A stretch of DNA of 62,144 nucleotides, counting the filler, from Choristocarpus tenellus KU-1152 (taxonomy: Eukaryota; Protista; Phaeophyceae), in the NCBI GenBank assembly GCA_964200185.2. It is 11 parts of 11 records of this genome, joined end to end, with 100 filler letters (N's around TTAATTAATTAA, not from the genome) between each part and the next. Parts side by side here need not be neighbours in the genome. Positions count along the whole stretch, not along the records: positions 51,458 to 56,963 come from CAXNAD020010585.1; positions 57,064 to 62,144 come from CAXNAD020011937.1; 9 more parts are not named here. One strand, 5' to 3'. Below, in pieces: positions 51,458 to 62,144 of this stretch. How positions within the stretch are numbered: the first letter of the stretch is position 1; the number at the start of each line of letters is the position of its first letter. The notes under the pieces were generated by a model that made no database searches, had not been told where the DNA came from, and saw only the letters and a program-made list of their open reading frames with translations. The position numbers were made by a program, and so were the translations under genes.

Positions 51458-54400
51458 CCGAAAACACCATGTTGCTTCCACAGCAAGGGGGTGGCTTTTG
51501 TCGCCTGCGTCGCCCCCTGTGTTGCCCCCTCACTAGCCCGCCAACAATGATGCGCTGGAGCTTTCTACCAATGACACTTCAGCGACCGGCGCCAAGCTTC
51601 GCCGAGGATGGGCTGAACCCATCCCGGTCGGTGAACAGGGTGACTGCTGCAAGCACTTAGTCTGTGTGAACAAGTTCGCGGCAGATAGCGAGCCCTTCCT
51701 TGCACGCACGTTGGCCAAAGCTCAGGACATCATCCGGGCGTGTGAGAACCGCCGCGATCGCAAGCACTTAGTTGGTGACCGTGTACCTGTGATTAAGTTG
51801 GGACCTGGAGGCGGATCTATGCTCGCGGCTGGCATTCCCGTTTGTACGCAGTTTTTCAAGGCATCGTTTGGAATATCCAATCATGTCATCGATGCTTGCA
51901 AAGGCACACCAAACGCAAGAGCATCCACCGGCGTGGAGAGGTGAGTTTGATATATGTACACAGTGTTATTTGTACCTGGTATAATTTTCCCCCTGCTTGA
52001 TGATTGAACAGTAGTCCTATCTCAGAACAATGTAATCCGACCGTACTCACCACATTCAGTTTGCAGTCACCACACCTAGATGTCTGATGTACAAAGAGAT
52101 ACCTCCAGCGTGGAGTATTGTGTTACCTATGTGTGTATATACACATGCGATATGTTTATTTATGCTTCAACAATAACATCTCATCCAGCCGTCCCCGCGC
52201 TGCTGCAGCAGCTACCACGCGTAAATATCTACAGAATTAGAGATCCGCTGCTGGCATACGATTCCTCTAGGATTCCATCCCCCATCCCTCATATCCACCT
52301 CCAACACATCTCACATCCATTTATATACATACGTGCGCTACTACAACAGGAACGGCACGAACAAAGATACGGACATGGCTCTGAAGCGAGACCTGGTGAT
52401 GTCCTGGATAGACTACTGGGCTGATACATACGGGCAGTTGATGCCTCACAAGTCCACAATTGTGATCTACGCCACGAACAAAGAGGTAGGTTTTGCCCTT
52501 GGTTGTGGAGAGGTTGGCCGCACCCTGTGTTGGAGTTAGTTGCAAATCGTGTGACCCAGCAGTACGTAGAAAAAGTGGATCGAAGGAGTATTTCGAGTGG
52601 TAGATGTTTATTACTTTGACCGGTCTGATATTATGGTTAAAAGAAAATGTGAAGATTCGTACCGAGGGCTATTTTTTTCGTTTGCTATGTCGAGACTACA
52701 ATGTTGATGATGATACTCTTCGTCGCTTTTATGAAGGAAGACACAATAACTGTTATTTCAACGTTGTGTACACCTACTCTGCGGCCCCGGGCCCGGTCTG
52801 ACATTGGTAGTAAAATTGTGTACTTCGTATGTCTAAAGTGCTTCGTGATGATGATGATGATGATGGTAGATTCGCCTCCTTTGCTGCTTCTGCAAACGGC
52901 AGCAAGGTCGGAACAGAATGACGCTCTTGACATATTTACGAAGATCATTGTATTTGCTCTTTCGTAACGCAAGATGTAAGCTTGCTTGATCCTGTCTACC
53001 ATGTTCTCAGTCAAGTTATTGGTCAGCCCACCTTCGAGAGATCTTGCAGCGGTGTTCTTCGAGTGTTCCATCTCAATAACTCCTCAACTGCCCACACAAC
53101 CAACATTTTTAATTAGGAGCCATACAAGGATTATTGCAAAGAGGCAATACGGGTGTATCCTGACGACCCTTCCAAGCGCGTAAGCAGGGCGCACTTCCTC
53201 CGATTGCTCAGAGAGGACAGGCCCAACATCAGGGTGAGGGTAGGAGGCAAGTTTATGAAATGCGACATATGTGTCACGTTAAAAGAGAAGCGGCACGATG
53301 CGCCTGGTGTAAAATCCATGAACGTCTCCACTGTCCTCGTGTCCATCGACAAGGAGCTGTCAGACCATTGAGAGGTAGGTGTCCAGCGTTAATTTTGCGA
53401 CAAGCGTACAGTGGTAACATGTCGCCGTCATTGCCCTCCATTGGGAACAACATCTGTTGCCTTTTGCGAATGAAGACTCCGATGCAGGTGCATATGGCAG
53501 CAGCAGCAGCCTCACTCACCGCAAAAATGTTGTTGTTAGTTGCCCAAACACCTTGTATGATAGACTGCTTCCTGGTCGTCTACAACGGGCTGTGGGAGGG
53601 ACAGGTCATGTAGCGGTCTTCCGGCCCCGTACGTACGTACTTCCTACTGTCCCGATAATACTGTGTTTTTCTTGAATGCAGCAATAAAAAACAGATCCAA
53701 AGACAAACATTTATTGTTACCTACACTCGAGTTTTGTTACTAACCTGATACCTGTTAACAAGTTGGCATTTTTTTACAACTCTGAGCAGATTTATTTGAT
53801 TTACAGACGTGATGTTGCTCTCCTCCATTCACCAGATTATCCAAGTGGATCGGCTGGTCATCACCAACAGCACCAGCAGCACCATGCGGGCCAAAGCCGA
53901 CGGCAAACCCCTCGGCTTCGTGTTCATGTCCGTAGACGCCGCGAACCAGACATCAACGCCCTCCCAGCACTTTACCCACCTACCCACGGAGGTGACAGGT
54001 AACCACACGCACGCATAGTCCATCTGTCAACAAGTTTGCAGCCGCAAACAGAACAGAATAGACGACCCTGTTTTATTCTACAAATGAGTGCATGAACCAC
54101 AAGAAGTAACCGCCAAAACAGACGCAAATAATTCCACTACCTATTCCGCTCATCATGATGACGACGCACCGTAGAACCTTTCTTTACAAGTTTTTTTGGT
54201 TCATGTCGTTCTTATCAGGGGCTACTCCAAGCGCCCGAAGATCATGGCCACACACGTCGAAGGCCAGTTCGCAGAGGTGTTCTTCACTCCTATCAATCTT
54301 GGAGGAGGTACGTATTGTGGGTCATGGCAAACAATCACATGACTGAATAGATGCTGGTTGCGCACGCACCACTTGATTTACCGTCGTGGCGAATGGACCT

Positions 54401-56963
54401 GCCGTAGATTAGATACCCGAGGACGAGTACATCCTTACACGATGTGCCTACAGGTACCACAGGCCTAGTGAACAGTCGATTAACTGATGATGCGCTGTGT
54501 TCCCCTGCCCTCCTACACCTCAGCCTAGGGTTAGGGCGAGAGGAGCGTAAGAGCTAATCAACGAGGAGGAATACCCACAGACATGTATATCAACCATTCG
54601 GGTGTATGTGCTCTACAGTGCATAAACAAATTACATTACCCCTCTTTTTAGCTCCAATTTAACAATGCGTAAGTAAGCAGAGTACTATTTGCCAACTAAC
54701 GACGGACATCATCGTTCGTGCAGGTTGTAACCTTGTCTGCACAGCCACCCACCTTGCCCTCACAAGGCTTATTGACAAGTACCACAACAGCCTCGATCAC
54801 GCGGGGAATTGCATCATCCAGCACCCGCATTGGCAGGTAAGAAAATTTCATCTTGACACGACCTACTCAACACATACTCGCCGAATACCGCTCACCAAGC
54901 AACTAACTGCACAGTCTTTAGTTTTGGTTTGTGTGTTGCAACCTGCATGTATGATGGCGGTGATGTAAAGCTTGCGCTCTAGCACTACTGGAAACATGCC
55001 CTGTTCCTCCACGAAACGCGTCGAAATGGGCTGACATATCGGCCTCACACCTATCCCTCCCTCGCTCCCAACTCCCCAAATTGGCCAGGTCGACAACTGC
55101 GTCTCAGAGAACAAGAACAATTTCTTTCTCGGATATGCGGGGCAGTTGGTCGCCGTGAGTGTTATTCGTGTGGTCGAGATACATTTTATGATGGTGGGGC
55201 ACACGCACATCAAAATCGATCAGATCTTCTCGAGGTAATTAGGCAAGATATACAAGTCCGATAGCCACACATAGTGTTTTTATATGGACAGATACTGCCT
55301 TGAGGCTTGCAATTCACGCTTGTTGCGTCCATGGAAGGTTTATGGTCATACACTGTAATTGATTGATTGACTTTTGATTTCCCCACAACAAAATTGCACG
55401 ATAAGAGCAGCTGCCAAAACTGTTTCGTAACCTACTCTCAAAACAACTCAATAAAAAAATGTACACAGCATCCCTTTTATATTTCTTTCGCCCCCGCCTC
55501 AAAACTAACTTGCTTGCATTTAACCTTCAGGTTCTCACGTGGTATAAAAGGGAAGAACATATTCACAAGAACACAGCTGGGTGAGGAGCTGCAGGCCTCT
55601 TACACCGAGGTTCCAGTCTACTGCAAGACCCTACAGAACGAGGGAAACTTCAAGGGACTCCTTCGCGGTTGCGTCAACCATGTTCCCAATATCACGAGCT
55701 ACAGGGATTTTCGCGTTGAAAAAGGCAGTGATGGGCGGGTTAAGGTTAGCGTAAAGCAATACATGCACAGCACCGAATGGAGTGGGATAGGTGGAGACGT
55801 TGCTATCGACCCCAACGCCCCTCTGCACGACCGCTTCATCGGCCACCCGCCTCGTCTCCAAGATGCACCACCCTACCAACTCAAGAGCGTTCCCGAAGAC
55901 GCCATCCTGAAGGTGGAGCAGCTGTACCAGGCGTCGCACGAGCGCTTCGCTGCTGCGTACCCACTGGGTGTGTCGTTTTTTTCGTGAGGGAAATTGATGG
56001 CTAATATTTGTATTCGGTGGCAGCCAAAAAAATCTGGTGCAACTTCTGTACGAGGCAGCCTTTACAGCCTTTAGAAAAACAATCTTGAAGAATATTCCAT
56101 TCTCATGCGTAGAGATCGTCGCATGTCACAATAAAAAGTATCATAGATTACCCCCGATAAATGTTTTGAGGGTACCGGTCTTGTACTCAACAGACACGAA
56201 TCCGACGAAATATACGCCCTCCCTCTCACTGCATGCTCCCCAAGCACATTCGTACAACCTCACGCCTGGTTACAAAGTAACATCCATTGATGTTCTTGTG
56301 CTCATGGATTCCACCTTCGCAGACGATGAAGCCGTTCAGAGAGCGAAACACGAGCAAAGCAAGCCTGTGCGGCTCCTCAAAAAGTCAGGGGAATGAGAGT
56401 TCGACCTCCCAGTCCATTGGCTTCACACCGATGACGATGGCGCTGGAACTGGTACCAGCGACATCGAAGACACCGACCAGGGCGAACGTTCGGGTGGAGG
56501 AGGTAATCTCGTCAGCAGTGACAATGACCTCAGCTGGCTCGAGGAAACAGACTCTTCCTTATCGGACAGTGACAAGGAAGAAGCTGGCTTCCGTCGACGG
56601 GGTTGGCCTCGTGCTACCTTGATATCGGGAAACCATGGAAACCTCGTCTCCGTGCTGGAAGGCAGGTTTGTCTTTTTTGTGGCAATGGAGGCGCCGCTCT
56701 TGGTCGGCAAGATCCTAGCGGAGCGCATCGGCGAGGACGGGGAGCGTGGGGTGGATCTTCACTGGCTTCGGCCGACCAGTGACCACACACGTGACAACGC
56801 CGCGTTTATGACCCTTGATAAGTACGGGAAAGGTAGTTTTATAGAAGGCTACATACACGCTGGTGATGATAGATCTGGGCGAACTGGGAAACAGAAGTGG
56901 GTTAAAGACGTAACCTGGGAACCCGTGGCGGGTATTGTTTCGACTTGCGAGAAACTTGTTGGG
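51458..56963 (+). pseudogene. Intron-containing DUF7869 / Sola-like DD(D/E) transposase pseudogene, truncated at both contig ends
   Basis: Nine exons: <=51469-51940, 52350-52485, 53117-53374, 53836-53998, 54219-54307, 54724-54836, 55089-55234, 55531-55967, 56245-56963. Motifs VCTQFFKASFGIS, WIDYWADTYGQLMP, FMKCDIC, MSVDAANQ, QVDNCVSENKN and FMMVGHTHIKIDQIFSR. In-frame TGA at 53369 and 56394; 1-nt phase break near 54219. Confidence 0.85.
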
Positions 56964-58849
56964 NNNNNNNNNNNNNNNNNNNNNNNNNNNNNNNNNNNNN
57001 NNNNNNNTTAATTAATTAANNNNNNNNNNNNNNNNNNNNNNNNNNNNNNNNNNNNNNNNNNNNGTGTGATGGGTGGGTGGAGGCGCCTTTTCTGGGGTTG
57101 GTCCCCAAAAGGGACGCGGGGGGGGACCCCCCCCCCCCCCCCCCAGATCCTTTGGGTCATACGAATGTACTAATTTTAGGAAACCCTGGTGAGAAGTGTC
57201 GTGCTCAACCACCCCAAACGAAAAACACACTTGCTGGTGAAACGGGACCAAATTGCTTCACACTACATGCGAGTACCTACCTGGCACGTGACCTCCTTGA
57301 CCCACAACAAAAAATTCGTGCAACACATTCTGTGTGTGAATGTTGACCACAAAGTGAAGACACAAAAACGATAAACGATATCCTGTGTAGAAACATGCCT
57401 ACTACACTTCAGCACCTTCATAATCTGGCACACTACTATAATCTAGGCCGTCAACAGACCAAGGGCATGAGCACTTGAAAGGTAAAAACTATTCCTACTA
57501 CTGGTCAAGGCCAGCAAGATGTCTCGGCTCCCCATCATCACCCACTTCGATAGGAAACATTTGCGAATCCCTTGTTGTACGCACTCTTCTCCAGTAGCAG
57601 CTGGCAGTGAGGTAAATAGTGGGAAACTCTTCTTGGTGTAGCAAAGTACTCCAGTACATACACTAGACCTCATTTCTGTCCTCTCTGACCCCTTGCTCCG
57701 AACCTTCATGACTTCCACACACTGGACTTACAATGGCCAATATGGAGGATGGTCCTACCTTAGCAGTAGCTACGATTCCAAAGGCCTCACACAATACAGC
57801 AACCAAACTCTCATCGTACTCTATGCGTCTGCTAGCATCCACCTATGACTTTCTAGCCTCCTACTTGTGGGACTGTTGTATACAATAATGCCTTAGCTCC
57901 CTTCCCCACCATGCCCCTCCCTCCATAAGATATTCCTTAGCTAATGCATACTGGTGAAGGGATACCGACCTGTTTCCTTCTTGACCCCCACCAAGACATA
58001 ACAAACCAAGCTATACGGTAGAACACCGTATTTTGGGACATACAACAAGGGTATACATGCAGTGTGGGCCTCGGAAGGAACAAAGAGCCGGAAAAACACC
58101 ATACTATGACAAAGACAGGACTCACATATGCTGTACGAAAGGAACAAAAAGGACAACAAACACCAAACTATGAAAAAAGAGGAAAACAAAACAGTCATGC
58201 TGTATAGTCTTTGGAAGGAACAAATTTGTCAGGAATAATTAAACAGAAAGGATACACAAGAACCCTCGACCCATAGTAACCAAGGCTCAAGCTGTTGATA
58301 CTGTCTCTGCCACTGAGAATCTCGCAGCTTATCCTTGGCCATTTCTCAGAAAGGGAAGCACCAAGACCCCAAGGCGAATGTTTGCTAATCAACAGTGTAG
58401 AGAAAAGACACAAATTCATCAGTCCCAACCAACACGTGCCATAGCTGTTGGAAAGAACATGAAGGCTAGGAAGACCAAAGAAGAAGAGGGAAAGGTATTG
58501 TAACCAGAAGGGGAAAAAAATATATATTGCACAAAAAATAATTATCAACAGCCAGTAATCAAGGCACTGACTACTTCCATTGACACTGACACTCTCACTG
58601 ATGACTTCTGCTCACTGCTCACTTGGCAACATAAAAACCAAGACCCTGCACTCATGGCACACTCATCACCAGCGAAGAGATGAGACAGAAGTCGAAACAC
58701 CCTCAACGAACCCCGTCCCCAACCCTACCAGGTACCCTAGTTTTCTAGTCCTGATTACCTTCAACAAGTGTGCCACTACATAGTTATCCCAATGTGCCTA
58801 CCATCCTTCAACCCGCAGTTGATCTTTGCATTGGCTATTGCTCTCAACT

Positions 58850-59620
58850 CATCAGCCGGTCCCAGAGACGTAAGAGAGAACAAAAGGTAGCCCTCCTTGA
58901 TGCATTGCCCCCCCGTCTCACTTGACAGTTCACATTTGGCTTCCCCACTCTTTGCCTTCTTGGTGCTCGAGATGTTGTGTCTCTAACAGGCTGGGAAGCA
59001 TCCCACGCTGGCTCCTGTACTGCATTCTCCCCGCCCAACACTGCAGCAAGGGATGTAGGTCACTGGCCCCAACGTCTCCTGAATTGGTCGAGATTGCGTG
59101 TGGTGGTCCTGCCTTCTTGCCTAGACACCAAGTGTTCCAGCAGAACACAGATTTGTATTTCCATTTGCAGCCGATGGGTCACAATGCCTCTGGATCCCTA
59201 TATCTTCATACCATTCTATACCTGTTGTGGTGATGCCTTGTAGTTCTCCTCTCTCCCAGCTTGTCTGCAACTATGAGGACCGTGAGTATGCTATGAGGTA
59301 AGCTGAGAGTGGTGCGGTAGCAATTGGCAATATTCACCCACACCCCTGACTCCATTATAGTTGGGGAAAACAATCAACAGCGCCATTGTATCCCAGGTCC
59401 ACAGGGCAACTTGAGGGAGGAAAAACATCACTACCATATAGTTCATGCTTCAACCCATTCCATGTTTTGCACCGGAGACGATATTTATATCCACAGCCCT
59501 ACTAGTTCACCCATCCCATTCCACAAATTTAATGTGCCTAGTGGAAAATGTGTGCGATGGACTCCAAAGTGACCCACCCCTGGGTCATTACCACAAACTA
59601 CTATGACTGTCATCATCAGT
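58850..59620 (-). mobile_element. Degenerate Ty3/Gypsy integrase remnant
   Basis: The minus strand near 59460-59590 reads DPGVGHFGVHRTHFPL..LWNGMGELV, matching the integrase Zn-binding pattern GH.G..RT...L....W..M...V. Heavily decayed; boundaries approximate. Confidence 0.5.
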
Positions 59621-62144
59621 ATGTACGGACCCACCACTCTCCCACCCTGTCAACACAGTCGTACTTTCGCCTCCTCTTTCCTGTCCCTCTCCTTTGTCCT
59701 TCCCACTATTGTATCAAGGCTCCACAGCCCGCACCCTCTTACCGTTGCTTCCAAGCTGTATCCGATAGTCCTGGGTTCCCCTTCCCGCAGGTTACGTTAA
59801 ATGTGACTGTGACATCTCCTGCGCTTGTGGGCATTTCTTGACAGGGCAGGTAACAGATCTTTATCCTGGTGCAATGCCCGCATGTCCTCCGTCATTTCTA
59901 GAAAAATGTTTGTGCTGGCAGCATCTAGCAGTCGTTCCATTTCTTTATCCAGTCCCAACTCTACGGTGCCATAGCTTCGAACTCGTCCCCCTCTCTGCCC
60001 ACCCGCCCCCTTTTGCCTTTGTTTGTCCATGCTCTCCACCTCATTCCGTAAGCCCTGTTTCCTACCGGGTGGCGAAGAGTAGAATCACCAAGCAGACGGA
60101 CCAGACGGGCCAAGACAAATCTTAACTGAGAGAATGAGGTTAAGGTTCGACAGGAGGACACGAGATAGAGTGGGGAGGATCAGTCCTCGGAAAACAAGGC
60201 CTTTAAGATATTTCATGTGAAGTCATGGAAACTTATCTTTCTGGAGGTCCTCCACAGTCAAACCGAAGTTCTTGGAAAAGAACCTCAAATGGTATGGTGG
60301 TATACGATACGGGAATAAAATATACGGCAATGACGACCCTGCTTTCCACATCACCCCCTCCTTTTGACTGGGTCTCGAAACCATACAAATATCATTCAAA
60401 GTGATAAAAAAAAGTGAGCTACAGGAGCAGAATGGGAAAGAGGTGTAATTATCAACATATTATTGCACCATTTTTGTCGTACGACTTCAATAAGACGAAA
60501 TGTAAATAGAAATCAAGCTTTCACGAAGTTTGAGTGTATGGGAGTAGCATACCAGTCAGTCAAAATACGAATTAGGTTAATGGAATGTTGTCATCATAGT
60601 ATCATCAAGCTCAGGTTCAAGATTTGAGGTCACGGGGCCAGTAATGCGTTCAACCTGCGTACGAGTAGAGAGGTTATATGGGGTTACTAACCCTAGGTTT
60701 CTGTATCTTACGCTAACAGAGGATACTCAAGAATGGGGAAATGAGGTGAAACTCTGACTAACATTTGCGATCTAACTTTACTAAACGAGGGCTATACAAC
60801 TATAATGAGCCAGGGGAAACGAGAGGAATCCAGGTTTTGGCTGTTTTGCATTGTAAGCCAGGTTTTTAATCTTTTGCGATTCACCTATATTTCTATGGAT
60901 TCAGTTCCAAGTTGTACTTAAGAGCGTTTCTTTCTCTATTGTTTGAAAAAATCCGACATGATTCAGGAAATATAATCTACGTATTGTAAAAAAAATACTA
61001 ATTTCGACCAGATTTGTCAACATCCCTAAACTTAAGTCTGAGTACCTCTCGTTTACTTTAACTCAATATCGGATACTCCAATGTGTGATTACACAATCAC
61101 GTGTGCAGCGTGGTCAAATCAACACACTTATAAAGCACACGAGGTCATTGGGTAAGCGATGTGTACACACTTCTTCAACTTTTTATACGATTGGAAGAAT
61201 TGCTCGTGACAAGGACAATATTCCAAGTGGACACAAGGATGAAAGTGACGTCAATGTTCTCTCAACTCTCATTATGACTTCTCATTTCGACAAGGACTTG
61301 TCCCAGTCATCCTCTTCCTCAGACTAGTGGATAATTTTGATTTTGGGGTATAGCCCTTGCTTACCTTTACACAACTGAATCATATTCACAACTTAGACAT
61401 CCAATGATTCCTTCCTTCCAATCGAGCACCTTGTGAGTTTTCTGCAAGAAAAAGAAGCTTAACATTCCAATCTGCTTAGTCTAACAGACTTTTCTCCCGC
61501 ATTACCCTTCCGTCTGCCAACCAACCCCATCTGCAACCACAGCTGACATTGTTGGTATATACTATTATCATCAATAGCTATTCAACCCGGAGCTAGCACC
61601 TCCTACTTCTTGGACTCTGTGGCTGATGGGCTCCGTGGCTGGTGGATGTGTAGGAAGGGTAACTTGTCCTACTCGCTGGCGTTATGGGTTTTTCCCCAAA
61701 CAGCAAGCTGCTCACATTGCTGTGCCGGACAATAGGTACCGTTGACCTCACCATATTTTGAGGTACGGACCTTGACCGCCGCCCTGAGCAGCTGGGGGTT
61801 CCTTGCAGGCCTGAAGGGCCAGAAGTTCTTCCTGAAAAATTGCTTTGTTGTCTTTTTAGAGGTGGCACGAGGGTTAAAGGGAACTTGCTCAAGGGGTGTA
61901 GACGTAGAGATAGGTAGGGGTAAGACAGGGGAACAGTTCTATCCCACCGGCCCAGTGATGAGGCGTCTGGACCACCTGAGAATCAGCTGTAAATAAATTT
62001 CTGGGGTAAAGGAACAACTTCTGGTGATCAGCATGCATCATTATGGATGGAGTGATACATCAAGAGATTGACAAGTTATGCTGCTGTTGACAAGGGTAAC
62101 AAACATGGCGGGCCGAGGCCTAGGGGTCAAAGTATCTGGGGGGG

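Noticed and set aside
53369-56396. In-frame TGA codons as selenocysteine or a variant genetic code
   Set aside because: TGA is a normal stop in ARPC2, MIC60 and ZNG1 here. The same gene also has a phase break, so decay is the simpler explanation.
4597-57063. Recurrent palindrome TTAATTAATTAA
   Set aside because: Always centred in an identical N run; it is an artificial six-frame-stop linker, not biology.

Overview
Intron-rich eukaryotic DNA, probably a stramenopile and plausibly a brown alga or close relative (inferred from gene structure, TTAGGG repeats and the TKL kinase style). The window is 11 short contigs joined by artificial 100-bp linkers (44 N + TTAATTAATTAA + 44 N), so adjacency across linkers is not evidence of linkage. 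Host genes spliced by hand, mostly partial: a secreted alpha-carbonic anhydrase, a TKL protein kinase, a DUF1479/YbiU-like oxygenase, a complete COG0523/ZNG1 (CobW) GTPase, ARPC2, a GT92/GT2-like glycosyltransferase, MIC60/mitofilin and one PPR-like exon. The rest is repeat-rich: Ty3/Gypsy remnants (one with a chromodomain), an IS630/Tc1-like fragment, a 9-exon DUF7869/Sola-like transposase pseudogene, and a 259-bp MITE with GAG..CTC ends and a 4-bp TSD whose terminal motif also sits at six contig ends. Most unusual: a spliced, decayed gene at 22000-26858 (-) that appears to fuse a PHD-like finger, a beta-class N4C/N6A DNA methyltransferase fold and a SET-like domain, with degenerate catalytic motifs in both enzyme-like domains. 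A second spliced gene at 40203-44407 (+) encodes an apparently dead USP fold. All domain calls are motif matches by eye and need profile or structure confirmation.
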